From positions 4,420 through 68,419 of the forward strand of contig FR878223.1 of assembly GCA_000434335.1 (NCBI GenBank): 64,000 bases of DNA. Reading direction: 5' to 3'. The notes beneath the pieces are model-generated. The model did no database searches. It saw only the letters and a list, made by a program, of their open reading frames with translations, and was not told where the DNA came from. Below are positions 10,809 to 20,813 of this stretch, in pieces (within the stretch, counting starts at the first letter, position 1; every line of letters starts with the position of its first letter). Position numbers and translations under genes: made by a program. The stretch comes from Clostridium sp. CAG:492. Its GTDB lineage: Bacteria; Bacillota; Clostridia; TANB77; CAG-508.

Positions 10809-10824
10809 TATAATACAATTGTAT
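10809..10824 (+). promoter_or_regulatory. -10-like TATAAT overlapping a 12-bp palindrome upstream of the 5-gene operon
   Basis: tataat at 10809-10814. The perfect palindrome atacaattgtat at 10813-10824 lies 18 nt upstream of the ATG at 10842. Confidence 0.3.
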
Positions 10825-10841
10825 ACTAGAAGAGGTGTGAA

Positions 10842-11861
10842 ATGATTTATCCTAAAAACTTAAGTAAAAATGACTATATTGGGGTGATTGCAACCTCAAA
10901 AGGAATATCGAAAGATACTGAAATTTTGAAGTTCAAAAAAGCAAAAGAAAATTTTAAAAGTTATGGTCACAATATAATAGAGTCAAATAATATTATGAAA
11001 AATGATAAAGCAAGAAGTTCTTCTGGAAAAGAAAGAGCTGATGAGTTTTTGAAATTATGGACAGATAAAGATGTTAAAGCAATTATTACTCTAAAAGGAG
11101 GTCAATTTTTAATTGAAATGTTACCTTTTTTAGATAAACATAAAGATATATTAAAAAACTCTCAACCAAAATGGATACAAGGATTTTCAGATACAACAGT
11201 TTTATCATATTATTTAACTACAAATTTTGATATTGCAACAATACACGCTGATAATTTTATGAATTATGGTATGAAACAAATAGGTACATCACAGCTAAAT
11301 ACAATAAAAATGCTAGAGGGGGCTGAGTTTCCGCAAGTATCTTCAGAAAAATACCAAAGTGTACATCAAAAATCAGATATAATTGGAAATTTTAACTTTG
11401 ATAAAAAATGTGAATGGAAGAATTTATATAATGAAGATAAAATATCATTAAAAGGAAGAATTATTGGTGGAAATTTAGAATCAATAACAAAATTAATTGG
11501 CACTAAATATGATAATACAGTAAATTATATTGAAAAATATAAAAATGATGGAATTATTTGGTTTTTGGAGAGCTTTGCATTAAATACAGCTGATGTTTAT
11601 AGTGCATTATGGGAAATGAAGGAAAGTGGATATTTTAAATATGTAAAAGGATTTATATTTGGAAAACCAGCAATGTGTGAAAATGAATATAATATTTCTT
11701 ATGAAGAAACATTAAAAGATGCATTAGGAGACCTACAGGTTCCTGTAATTTATAATGCAGATATAGGACATGTTCCTCCACAACTAGCTATTATAAATGG
11801 ATCTATAGCGGAAATAATAAGTAAAGATGGAAAGGGTATTATAATATGCAAAAAAATATAA
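10842..11861 (+). CDS. Peptidase family S66 (LD-carboxypeptidase LdcA / microcin C7 immunity MccF-like)
   Basis: 339 aa. Nucleophile motif GFSDTT, FLE acid and IGHVPP histidine context typical of the S66 Ser-Glu-His triad. Confidence 0.85.
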   Translation: MIYPKNLSKNDYIGVIATSKGISKDTEILKFKKAKENFKSYGHNIIESNNIMKNDKARSSSGKERADEFLKLWTDKDVKAIITLKGGQFLIEMLPFLDKHKDILKNSQPKWIQGFSDTTVLSYYLTTNFDIATIHADNFMNYGMKQIGTSQLNTIKMLEGAEFPQVSSEKYQSVHQKSDIIGNFNFDKKCEWKNLYNEDKISLKGRIIGGNLESITKLIGTKYDNTVNYIEKYKNDGIIWFLESFALNTADVYSALWEMKESGYFKYVKGFIFGKPAMCENEYNISYEETLKDALGDLQVPVIYNADIGHVPPQLAIINGSIAEIISKDGKGIIICKKI

Positions 11862-12961
11862 TTAACGATAATATGGCTGTAATTACTTTACCAATGAAAC
11901 CACATAGAAAAGAAAAAATAGGTATGATTGTTATTCCATCAATTGCAGATGTGTTGGCCAAAAGAATTGGTGCAAAATCATATTTAGGTGTAAATTTAAT
12001 GGATTCATATGTAAAAAGATCTGATTTTGTTAATGATTATTACAATTTGCTATATCAAATGGATATTGATGTTGATGATGTTTGGGTTGATTCAAAGAAT
12101 GAATCTGAATTATTCTTAAATGTGCAAAAATTAATTGAAAAGGGCTTTATTAAAGAAAAAGAGCTAAAAGTTTTAAGATGTCATTGTGGTGTAATTGATA
12201 TGAAAAGCGGTAGTGCAAATGATTTTGTTACTAAAAGGTCATATATAATGAAAGATGATGGTGTTTATTGTAAAGAATGTGGTGGAAAATGCCAGGATAC
12301 AATTGAAAAGGTTTTGGTTTTTAATGCAAGTGATATTGACTTTAAAAGTAAGGCATTACCATCAAGAATTGCAAAAGATCAACAAGAATTTCATAAAAGA
12401 TTAAAAGATGAAGATATTTTAGTTTCAAGAGTCCGTGACACAAAAGTTCCTGTTTTAGTTAATGGTACAAAATACAATGTAGATATAGATTTTGCCGTAT
12501 TAACATATTTGTCTTGCTTTGATGAAAAACAGAGAGTAATAATAGGTAGTAATCACCATATTTATCAAATGTATATGATGCAGCTTTTACAACAATGCCT
12601 AGGAAATGAAGAAGAAAATTTATATGTAGCGGTACCATATGTGAGACCTCCTGCTGATGTACCATTTGACCTAAAAAAATCTTTGTTTAGTTTAAATAAT
12701 TTATCAAGAGAATCATATATTTTTGGCAGTGCCTTTAAATTTAAAAACACAGTAAATACGTGGTCACCAGACTTATTAAAATGTATAAGAAAACTTACTG
12801 AGGAGGAATCAAGTGAATTATATAAAAAGATGACAACACCTATAACTATGTCTGAAACGGAAAGTTTGGAAAAATACATTAATAATGCTGTAATTAAAAC
12901 AAATATACAAAGAATGTTAAACGAGGTTCGTAGTAAAAATGGTAGCAGATATGAAAAATAA
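11846..12961 (+). CDS. Truncated MetRS-like class I aminoacyl-tRNA-synthetase paralogue with degenerate signature motifs
   Basis: 371 aa. By-eye alignment to the MetRS catalytic core: LP-x7-KIGM-x6-ADVLAKR (in place of HIGH...ADVxxRY), IEKGFIKEK, zinc knuckles CHC...CKEC, VIIGSNHHIYQMYMMQLL (cf. FIGKDIVYFHSLFWPAML), and FKFKN where KMSKS is expected. There is no anticodon-binding domain. It overlaps the upstream gene by 16 nt. Confidence 0.6.
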   Translation: MQKNIINDNMAVITLPMKPHRKEKIGMIVIPSIADVLAKRIGAKSYLGVNLMDSYVKRSDFVNDYYNLLYQMDIDVDDVWVDSKNESELFLNVQKLIEKGFIKEKELKVLRCHCGVIDMKSGSANDFVTKRSYIMKDDGVYCKECGGKCQDTIEKVLVFNASDIDFKSKALPSRIAKDQQEFHKRLKDEDILVSRVRDTKVPVLVNGTKYNVDIDFAVLTYLSCFDEKQRVIIGSNHHIYQMYMMQLLQQCLGNEEENLYVAVPYVRPPADVPFDLKKSLFSLNNLSRESYIFGSAFKFKNTVNTWSPDLLKCIRKLTEEESSELYKKMTTPITMSETESLEKYINNAVIKTNIQRMLNEVRSKNGSRYEK

Positions 12962-13853
12962 TATATGTATAGACATAGGTGGTACATATGTAAAATATGC
13001 TGTTTTTAATAAAAATATATTAAAAAAATATAATTTTGTTAAAACGGATAGAGCAGATATATTAAATCAGCTAAAAAATTTAATAAAAAAAATAGTTAAA
13101 GAAGAGCACTATGATGTAAATACAATTGGAATTTCTATTCCAGGAGCAGTAGACACCGAAAAGGGAATTATAATTCACGCGATAAATTTGAATTTATATA
13201 ATTTTGATATGATAAATTATTTAAAACAATATTTTAATTTTAATATTTTTATAATAAGTGATAGAGATGCAGGTTTAATAGGTTGCTTAAAATCAGAAAA
13301 TTATAAATATAAAAAAAATGTGTTAGGTTTAAGTTGGGGAACAGGCGTTGCTTTGTCAATATTTCACGATAATAAATTGTATAAAAGTACGAATAAATTT
13401 GCTCCAGAATTTGGCCATACATATATTTCTGATAATGAAAAATACATATGTTTTTGTGGAAAAAAGGGATGTTTGAATGCAATATCTGGTGCACAGGCAA
13501 TGCGAAATGTAATAAATGAGTATTTAAAAATTGATGGAGATAATATTGAGGAAAGTTTAAATATTATTAAAAGTAAAGGTGACGAAAATTTAGTAAAAAT
13601 ATTTAATAATTCAATATACTATTTGAGTAAAGCTATAGCAAATATTTATACAACATTAGATCCAGAATGTATATTTATTTGGGGTGGAATGACTGAGGTA
13701 GCACAGTACTTTTATGATGATATAAAAAAGATAGTAAATGATTCAGTGCATAAATCTTTAAGGGATAAAAATAAAATTATTATTTCAAAGTACGGAAGAA
13801 AATCAGCTTTATATGGAATAAATTCAATTGCAAATTATGAAATTGAATTGTAG
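12951..13853 (+). CDS. ROK-family sugar kinase (no N-terminal HTH)
   Basis: N-terminal ICIDIGGTYVK ATP-binding motif and the ROK zinc motif CFCGKKGCLNA. The start is either 12939 or 12951; both overlap the upstream gene. Confidence 0.85.
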   Translation: MKNNICIDIGGTYVKYAVFNKNILKKYNFVKTDRADILNQLKNLIKKIVKEEHYDVNTIGISIPGAVDTEKGIIIHAINLNLYNFDMINYLKQYFNFNIFIISDRDAGLIGCLKSENYKYKKNVLGLSWGTGVALSIFHDNKLYKSTNKFAPEFGHTYISDNEKYICFCGKKGCLNAISGAQAMRNVINEYLKIDGDNIEESLNIIKSKGDENLVKIFNNSIYYLSKAIANIYTTLDPECIFIWGGMTEVAQYFYDDIKKIVNDSVHKSLRDKNKIIISKYGRKSALYGINSIANYEIEL

Positions 13854-13910
13854 GTTTTTTATAAAGTTTATTAAGAACAGGCAATAGTAAAAGTAAGGGG
13901 AAGTTTGTTT

Positions 13911-14573
13911 ATGGATAAAGAAATTAGTGATTTTTTATCAGAATATAACGATGAGATAATTTGCTCTTTTATAATTGGTTCATATGTGTATTCTAATAAT
14001 TTTAATGATATAGATATTGTTGTTATTAGTAAAAATGATTTTTTGCAAAAACATAAAAAAGTAAAAAATATTGAACTTAAAGCAACTTTTTTACCGGAAA
14101 AAATGTTGTATGAGGATTTAAAAAATGATACATATGGAAGTTTTATTTATGGAAGGTTTTTAAATCCTATAATGTCAATAAAGAATTCAGAATATGCTTT
14201 TGATTGTCAAAAAAAAGCTATAAAAAAAGAGTTTAAATATCATAAAAATATAATAGAAGAAAGTACAAAAAAAGAAATTATTAAGAGCTTTATTTTAAAT
14301 AGAGGGCTATATTTTAGCAAATATCTGAAAAATTTAGATGTTATTGAAAATGAGAATAAAAACATAAAGTCTTTTTGTAACATTATAATAAATATATATA
14401 ATGAAATGAATTTTGTTGAAGACAATCAATATACACGTAGTTCAGAGAATATATTCAATTACTGGAAAACAAGGTTTTCAGTAAAAAGCATTCCATTTAA
14501 TTTAAATGATATAATTAAATTATATAATTTTAAATTAAATGAAAATAATATAATAGAAGGGAATTTTGAATAA
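13911..14573 (+). CDS. Pol-beta-superfamily nucleotidyltransferase (KNTase/ANT-like architecture)
   Basis: GS-x10-DIDIVV motif (IIGSYVYSNNFNDIDIVVI) followed by a helical C-terminal half. RBS aagggga precedes the ATG at 13911. Confidence 0.7.
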   Translation: MDKEISDFLSEYNDEIICSFIIGSYVYSNNFNDIDIVVISKNDFLQKHKKVKNIELKATFLPEKMLYEDLKNDTYGSFIYGRFLNPIMSIKNSEYAFDCQKKAIKKEFKYHKNIIEESTKKEIIKSFILNRGLYFSKYLKNLDVIENENKNIKSFCNIIINIYNEMNFVEDNQYTRSSENIFNYWKTRFSVKSIPFNLNDIIKLYNFKLNENNIIEGNFE

Positions 14574-15718
14574 TGGATGATGTTATAAATTTATTTCATA
14601 GAGATATTTTAACATTGCGTTCACACCATTGGAAATACTTTATGAATACATATACAGGATGTAGTTATTGTTGTGCATATTGTCTTAATGCTTATACAAC
14701 TGATTTTTATAAAAAAATAGAAGTAGATAATAAGCTAATAAATAAAATAGATAAAGAGCTTAAAAATTTGGATAAGAAAATTGTATTTTTTGGTTCAAAT
14801 ACAGATCCATATATAAAAGAAGAGCAAGAAACACAATGCACAAGAAAGATATTAGAATTATTTTTAAAATATGAAATTCCAATAACAATTTTAACAAAAT
14901 CTATATTAATAGAGCGTGATATTGACATTTTAGAAAAAATGGCTAAAAAAGATTTAGTATTGGTTCAAACAACAATTACAACAACAGATGAAAAATCTAA
15001 AAAAATAGAGCTAAATGTTCCAAGTACTAATCAAAGAATAGATATTATAAAAAAGATGACAAATAAAGGGATACCAGTTCACATACATTTTTCTCCAGTA
15101 ATACCATTTTTAAATTCTGTAGACGAGATAGATAATTTAATAAAATTAGTTGCAAATGCAGGTGCAAAATGTGTATATTCAAATATTTTAGGAATACATT
15201 CACACGATAATAAATTGTTATTTAATTCATTAAAAAATGTAGACGAAAATTTACCCCAAAAAGTAAGAAGAATATACAAATTGGATGTTGAAAGGGAAAA
15301 TTATATTCATTCACCATATGGAAAATTTATTTTAGAACAAATGAAACCAATAAAAGATGCCTGTTTAAAATATAAAATTGGATATGTAAATGAAATGTTT
15401 CCAGAAGAAACAGATTTGCAGTATTGTGATATGAATAGTAATAAATTTTTTGATAAAGCTTTACCTACCATATATAATATGGTGGATTATTTTAAAGGCA
15501 AAAAAAATCCTATTGATTTTGAAGAATTTTGTGAAGAGTTTTTATATAAATATGCTGATAAAACTAATGATAAAGAGTATTTAACTTACATCGAAAAATT
15601 ATGGAATAGCAATGAATTATTTGAGTTAACCAAAATAAGAAAAGTTGATGGAAATAAATATTTAAGATGTGAAGATTATGAAATAAAGATGGATGATTTT
15701 TGCAAATGGAATACATAG
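14573..15718 (+). CDS. Radical SAM protein (COG1533 SplB / DNA-photolyase-like family)
   Basis: CxxxCxxC cluster motif GCSYCCAYC near the N-terminus. 381 aa. The start overlaps the upstream stop (TAATG). Confidence 0.8.
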   Translation: MDDVINLFHRDILTLRSHHWKYFMNTYTGCSYCCAYCLNAYTTDFYKKIEVDNKLINKIDKELKNLDKKIVFFGSNTDPYIKEEQETQCTRKILELFLKYEIPITILTKSILIERDIDILEKMAKKDLVLVQTTITTTDEKSKKIELNVPSTNQRIDIIKKMTNKGIPVHIHFSPVIPFLNSVDEIDNLIKLVANAGAKCVYSNILGIHSHDNKLLFNSLKNVDENLPQKVRRIYKLDVERENYIHSPYGKFILEQMKPIKDACLKYKIGYVNEMFPEETDLQYCDMNSNKFFDKALPTIYNMVDYFKGKKNPIDFEEFCEEFLYKYADKTNDKEYLTYIEKLWNSNELFELTKIRKVDGNKYLRCEDYEIKMDDFCKWNT

Positions 15719-15774
15719 ATTATTGACCTATTTTTTATAATTTGATACTATAATGCAAGCAAAAGGAGATAAAT

Positions 15775-18021
15775 ATGATTGCAGAAATTATAATGAATAG
15801 TAGTGTAAGAAATTTAGATAGAACATTTGATTACAGTATTCCAATTGATATGGAAGAAAAGGTACATATAGGTAGTAGAGTTTTAGTAAAATTTGGAAAT
15901 ATTAAAGAATTAAAAGAAGGTTTTGTTGTTAATATAAAAGAAAAATCTGAGTTTGAAGTAAAAGATATAGCTAAAGTAGAAGAGCGAGATTTTATAGATG
16001 TTCCAAAAGTAAAGCTAGCCAATTGGATGGCTAAAAGATATTTTTGTAATGTATCAGATTGTATAAAATTAATGTTACCACCAGGAACTGGTACAGATAA
16101 AATTGCTAATAGAGCAAAGGAAAAAACAGAAAGATTTGTAAAATTATCAAAAGAAATAAATGAAATAGAATTTGATATTGAAAATAAAAAAATAAAATCT
16201 GATAAACAAAAAAGAGCCTTAGAATTTTTAATAAAAAATAACGAAATATCATCAAAAGACTTAGAAAATTTTGCAGATGTTTCAACAAGTATATTAAAAA
16301 CTTTAGAAAAAAATGGCCATATAAAATTTTATGAACAAACAGTTGAAAGAAATCCTTTTATACATAAGGTTATAGATAGTAGTTCAAAATTAAATTTAAC
16401 TGATGAGCAAAAATCTGCATATGATGCTGTTGAAGAAGCAATTGATGATTGTATGAACTCAGAGTTTTTATTATTTGGTGTAACAGGCTCTGGCAAAACA
16501 GAAGTATATTTACAATTAATAGAAAAAGTTTTAAATATAGGAAAAACAAGTGTAATGTTAGTTCCAGAAATTTCTTTAACTCCGCAAACCGTAGATAGAT
16601 TTATAGCAAGATTTGGACAAGACAAAATAGCAATTTTGCATAGTAAATTATCTGTTGGGGAAAGATATGACCAATGGTATAAGATAAAAAATGGTGAAGC
16701 AAAAATAGTAATAGGAGCCCGCTCAGCAATTTTCGCTCCTATTAGTGATTTAGGTTTAATAATAATAGATGAGGAGCACGATAGTTCATATAAATCTGAA
16801 ATGACACCGAGATATAATGTAAAAGATGTATCAAGATATTTGGCAAAAGAATATAATGTTCCAATTGTATTTGGAAGTGCAACACCAGATATGGATACAT
16901 TTTACAAAGCACAGCAAGGAGAAATAGAGCTACTAGAGCTTACTAAAAGAGCAAATAATGCAGAGCTTCCCACTATAAATATTGTAGATATGAAACAAGA
17001 GCTTGCAAATGGAAATAGAAGTTCTATTAGTATGAAATTATATGAAAATATAAAAGAAAACATATCTAATAAAAAGCAAACAATTTTATTTTTAAATAGA
17101 AGGGGATATTCTACATTTATCTTATGTAGAGATTGCGGATATGTAGCTAAATGTAAACATTGCAATATTGCTCTAACATATCACATCAAAGAAAATAAGT
17201 TAAAATGCCACTATTGTGGGTATGAAGAAATTCCAAGGGGATATTGTCCAGAATGCAAAAGCAAAAACATAAAATATTCTGGAAGTGGAACACAAAAATT
17301 AGAAGAAGAAATTAATAAAATATTTCCATCTGCAAAAACCATAAGAATGGATGTTGATACTGTAACTAAAAAAAATTCGCATGAAGATATTTTGAATAAA
17401 TTTAGAAATGAAAATATTGATATTTTAATAGGAACACAAATGGTAGTAAAAGGTCATCATTTTCCAAATGTAACATTAGTAGGTGTAATATTTGCAGATG
17501 GTAGCTTAAATATAGATGATTATAGAGCAAATGAAAGAACATTCCAAATTTTAACACAAGTTGCAGGAAGAGCAGGAAGAGGACGAGATAAGGGTAATGT
17601 AATAGTTCAAACATATAATCCAGATAATTTAAGTATTGAATACTCAAAAGAGCAAAATTATAGATTGTTTTATAATACAGAGATAATAATAAGGAAACAA
17701 TTGAAATACCCGCCATTTTGTGATATAATACTAATTGGTTTTAGTTCGGAAAACGAAAAAAATGTAATTGAATCTGCAAGATTTATGTATATGAGTTTAA
17801 AAAATAAAATAATAAACGAAAAATTACAAATCATATTATATAAACCAGTGCCTGCGCCAATTGATAAAATAAAAAATAAAATAAGATGGCGCATAATAAT
17901 AAAATGTAAGTTTAACAATGAGATAATAGAGGCACTAAACACATCACTTAAAGATTTAAATTCAAAAAAATTAAAAGATGTGAAAACAATAATTGATTTA
18001 AACCCAACAAATATGATGTAA
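15775..18021 (+). CDS. priA: Primosomal replication-restart helicase PriA
   Basis: Walker [17 protein letters not shown] box, and the Cys-rich zinc insertion (CRDCGY...CKHC...CHYCG...CPEC). Confidence 0.95.
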   Translation: MIAEIIMNSSVRNLDRTFDYSIPIDMEEKVHIGSRVLVKFGNIKELKEGFVVNIKEKSEFEVKDIAKVEERDFIDVPKVKLANWMAKRYFCNVSDCIKLMLPPGTGTDKIANRAKEKTERFVKLSKEINEIEFDIENKKIKSDKQKRALEFLIKNNEISSKDLENFADVSTSILKTLEKNGHIKFYEQTVERNPFIHKVIDSSSKLNLTDEQKSAYDAVEEAIDDCMNSEFLLFGVTGSGKTEVYLQLIEKVLNIGKTSVMLVPEISLTPQTVDRFIARFGQDKIAILHSKLSVGERYDQWYKIKNGEAKIVIGARSAIFAPISDLGLIIIDEEHDSSYKSEMTPRYNVKDVSRYLAKEYNVPIVFGSATPDMDTFYKAQQGEIELLELTKRANNAELPTINIVDMKQELANGNRSSISMKLYENIKENISNKKQTILFLNRRGYSTFILCRDCGYVAKCKHCNIALTYHIKENKLKCHYCGYEEIPRGYCPECKSKNIKYSGSGTQKLEEEINKIFPSAKTIRMDVDTVTKKNSHEDILNKFRNENIDILIGTQMVVKGHHFPNVTLVGVIFADGSLNIDDYRANERTFQILTQVAGRAGRGRDKGNVIVQTYNPDNLSIEYSKEQNYRLFYNTEIIIRKQLKYPPFCDIILIGFSSENEKNVIESARFMYMSLKNKIINEKLQIILYKPVPAPIDKIKNKIRWRIIIKCKFNNEIIEALNTSLKDLNSKKLKDVKTIIDLNPTNMM

Positions 18022-18041
18022 TAAAAGAAAGGAGAAAAACA

Positions 18042-18509
18042 ATGGCAATAAGAAATGTAAGACTAGAAAATGACGAAATATTAAGAAAAAAATCAAGAAT
18101 AGTAGATGTAGTAGACGACAAAATAAAAGAGCTTGTAGATGATATGATAGAAACAATGCACGCTCACGATGGTGTAGGTTTAGCAGCACCTCAAGTTGGA
18201 ATATTAAAAAGAGTGGTTGTAATAGATTTATATGATGATAAAGGACCATATGTTTTAATAAATCCAGAAATAATAAAACAAAAAGGAGAGCAAGAAGTAG
18301 AAGAAGGATGTTTAAGCTTTCCAAATCAATTTGCAAAAGTAATAAGACCATCAGAAGTAACTGTAAAAGCACTAGATAGAGATGGAAAAGAATATAAATT
18401 AAAAGGAAAAGGATTACTAGCACAAGCAATATCACACGAAATAGACCATCTAGAAGGAATACTATTCGTAGACAAAATAATACCAGGAACAATGGAAGTA
18501 ATAAAATAA
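18042..18509 (+). CDS. def: Peptide deformylase
   Basis: [13 protein letters not shown] and HEIDH motifs. Confidence 0.95.
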   Translation: MAIRNVRLENDEILRKKSRIVDVVDDKIKELVDDMIETMHAHDGVGLAAPQVGILKRVVVIDLYDDKGPYVLINPEIIKQKGEQEVEEGCLSFPNQFAKVIRPSEVTVKALDRDGKEYKLKGKGLLAQAISHEIDHLEGILFVDKIIPGTMEVIK

Positions 18510-18551
18510 ATATAGGATGTTAAATATATATTCATAAAGGAGGATTTTATA

Positions 18552-19538
18552 TTGAGAATTTTATTTATGGGAACACCAGATTTTGCGAAAGACTCTTTAG
18601 AAGCATTAGTAAATGCAAAATATAATGTAGAAGCGGTTGTAACAAATCCAGATAGACCAAAGGGCAGAGGAATGAAAATGATGATGTCACCAGTAAAGGA
18701 ATTTGCATTAAGCTCTGGAATAGAAAAAATATATCAACCAGAAAAAGTAAAAAATAATGAGGAATTTATAAATGAAATAAAACAAATTAATCCAGATTTA
18801 ATAGTTGTTGTAGCATATGGAAAAATATTACCACAAGAAATTCTTGATATACCTAAATATGGAAGTATAAATGTTCACGGTTCATTGCTTCCAAAATATA
18901 GAGGAGCAGCACCAATACAATGGGCAGTGTTAAATGGAGATAAAGTAACAGGTGTTACAACAATGTATATGAGTGCAGGTATGGACACTGGAGATATGAT
19001 TTTAAAAAGAGAAGTAACAATAGGTGATGATGAGACAACAGGAGAGCTATGGGATAGACTTTCAAAAATTGGAGGAGAATTATTAGTAGAAACAGTAAAG
19101 AAAATAGAAAATGGTGAAGCACCAAGAATAAAACAAGGAGACGACTTTACTATGGCTCCAATGTTAAATAAAGAAATGTCAAAAATTGATTGGGAAAATA
19201 AAACTGCAATAGAAATAAAAAATCTAGTAAGAGGATTAAATCCAATAATGGGAGCATATTCTTTTTATGATGGTAAAAAAATTAAATTTTGGAAAGTTCA
19301 AGCATACTCAGACGAACAAATATTGCAAATGTTCCCAGAGCTAGAAGAATATAAAGACAGATTTTTAGATTTACCAGAAGGAACAATATTATTTTCAGAT
19401 AGCAAAATAGGACTATATATAAAAGCAAAAGAAGGAAATATAAAAGTACTAGAAATACAAGGCGAAAATGCTAAAAGAATGAAAGCAGAAGATTTTTTAA
19501 GAGGAACATATTTAGCAGCTGGACTTTGTTTTGAATAA
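18552..19538 (+). CDS. fmt: Methionyl-tRNA formyltransferase
   Basis: TTG start after RBS aaggagg. ILFMGTPDFA, NVHGSLLPKYRGAAPIQ. Confidence 0.95.
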   Translation: MRILFMGTPDFAKDSLEALVNAKYNVEAVVTNPDRPKGRGMKMMMSPVKEFALSSGIEKIYQPEKVKNNEEFINEIKQINPDLIVVVAYGKILPQEILDIPKYGSINVHGSLLPKYRGAAPIQWAVLNGDKVTGVTTMYMSAGMDTGDMILKREVTIGDDETTGELWDRLSKIGGELLVETVKKIENGEAPRIKQGDDFTMAPMLNKEMSKIDWENKTAIEIKNLVRGLNPIMGAYSFYDGKKIKFWKVQAYSDEQILQMFPELEEYKDRFLDLPEGTILFSDSKIGLYIKAKEGNIKVLEIQGENAKRMKAEDFLRGTYLAAGLCFE

Positions 19539-19727
19539 TAAAATTTAGGAAAGTGGTAAAAATAAAAGTTCCTATATAAAGAAATTAAGTATTGTAAAAT
19601 TATGAAGAAAAATAAATATTTTAAATAAAAGAAACTACGTATTTTTTAATATGCAGTTTTTTTTGTTACATTAATAAATTTTGAAGTATAATTCACAAAA
19701 AATTCACAAAAATACAAACAAAAACTA

Positions 19728-19754
19728 TTGACAATCCTAAAAAATGGATATAAT
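19728..19754 (+). promoter_or_regulatory. Sigma-A-type promoter of the hrcA operon
   Basis: TTGACA at 19728-19733 and TATAAT at 19749-19754. The spacer is short (15 nt). It sits immediately upstream of CIRCE. Confidence 0.5.
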
Positions 19755-19765
19755 ATATATGCAGT

Positions 19766-19792
19766 TTAGCAGTCAAACAAAAAGAGTGCTAA
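19766..19792 (+). promoter_or_regulatory. CIRCE operator (HrcA binding site)
   Basis: TTAGCAGTC-N9-GAGTGCTAA versus the consensus TTAGCACTC-N9-GAGTGCTAA. It lies between the promoter and the hrcA start. Confidence 0.9.
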
Positions 19793-19808
19793 AAAGAAGG
19801 TGAAAAAA

Positions 19809-20813
19809 TTGTTAGATGATAGAAAAAAACGAATTTTACAAGCAATAGTAGATGAATATGTAAACACAGCAGAGCCTGTAAGTTCTGGTGCAATTTCTAA
19901 AAAGAAAGGCTTAGATTTTAGTAGTGCAACAATAAGAAATGAAATGTCAGAGCTTGAAAAAAGTGGATATCTAGAAAAAACACATACATCAAGTGGTAGA
20001 ATACCATCAGTAAAAGGATACAGATTGTATGTTGATGAACTTCTAAAAGAAGATAATATAAGTTTAGAAGAAATAAAATATATAAAAGAAAAGCTTCAAA
20101 TAAAAGCTGATCAAATTGAAGATTTAACTAAAATTGCATCTAATACACTATCTGAAATTACACATTATACTACTGTTGCAATAGGACCTAAAGTTACAAA
20201 GCAAATAATAAAAGAAATAAAATTTGTACTATTAGGAAGTAGAATGTTAATGGCTGTAATATTAACAAATACAGGGATGATAAAAGAAACAATTATAAAT
20301 TTTGGAGAAGATATATACGAAGATCAAATAGAAACAATTAATTTATTATTTAACAGTAAATTACAAGGAAAACCTCTAGAAAAAATAAATGAACCATTAG
20401 ATGAATATATTTTCACAGAAATGAAATCAAGCGCAAGTATGATAAAAACTATCATAGAGCAATTAAACAAAGTTATTTACGAAGAATCTAAATTATACTT
20501 AGAAGGTACAAACAAATCATTTGATTTACCAGAGCTAAGTAAAGCAGAAACTGCAAGAAACTTTATAAATATATTAGAAAACAAAAGTGAAGTAGTAGAT
20601 TTATTAGATAACGAAATTTCAAAAGATATAAATGTCTACTTTGGTGATGAACTTGATGATGAAAACTTAAAAGATTTTAGTATTGTAACATTGAAAAGTG
20701 ATGAAAAAGACCTTGGAACAATAGGAATAATTGGTCCCAAAAGAATGAACTATTCAAAAATAATTTCAGTAATGAGATATATTCAAAGGTTAATTGATGA
20801 AGGAGGAAAATAA
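19809..20813 (+). CDS. hrcA: Heat-inducible transcription repressor HrcA
   Basis: N-terminus MLDDRKKRILQAIVDEY is typical for HrcA. It is reached from the TTG at 19809 after RBS gaaggtg. The track start (GTG at 19800) is an alternative. Confidence 0.92.
   Translation: MLDDRKKRILQAIVDEYVNTAEPVSSGAISKKKGLDFSSATIRNEMSELEKSGYLEKTHTSSGRIPSVKGYRLYVDELLKEDNISLEEIKYIKEKLQIKADQIEDLTKIASNTLSEITHYTTVAIGPKVTKQIIKEIKFVLLGSRMLMAVILTNTGMIKETIINFGEDIYEDQIETINLLFNSKLQGKPLEKINEPLDEYIFTEMKSSASMIKTIIEQLNKVIYEESKLYLEGTNKSFDLPELSKAETARNFINILENKSEVVDLLDNEISKDINVYFGDELDDENLKDFSIVTLKSDEKDLGTIGIIGPKRMNYSKIISVMRYIQRLIDEGGK

Noticed and set aside
17998-18492. 164-aa minus-strand ORF covering def, along with many other 60-140-aa ORFs in the track that overlap larger genes.
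   Set aside because: Each lies entirely inside a well-supported conserved gene on the opposite strand or in another frame. The Leu/Phe-rich translations are typical of antisense AT-rich coding DNA.
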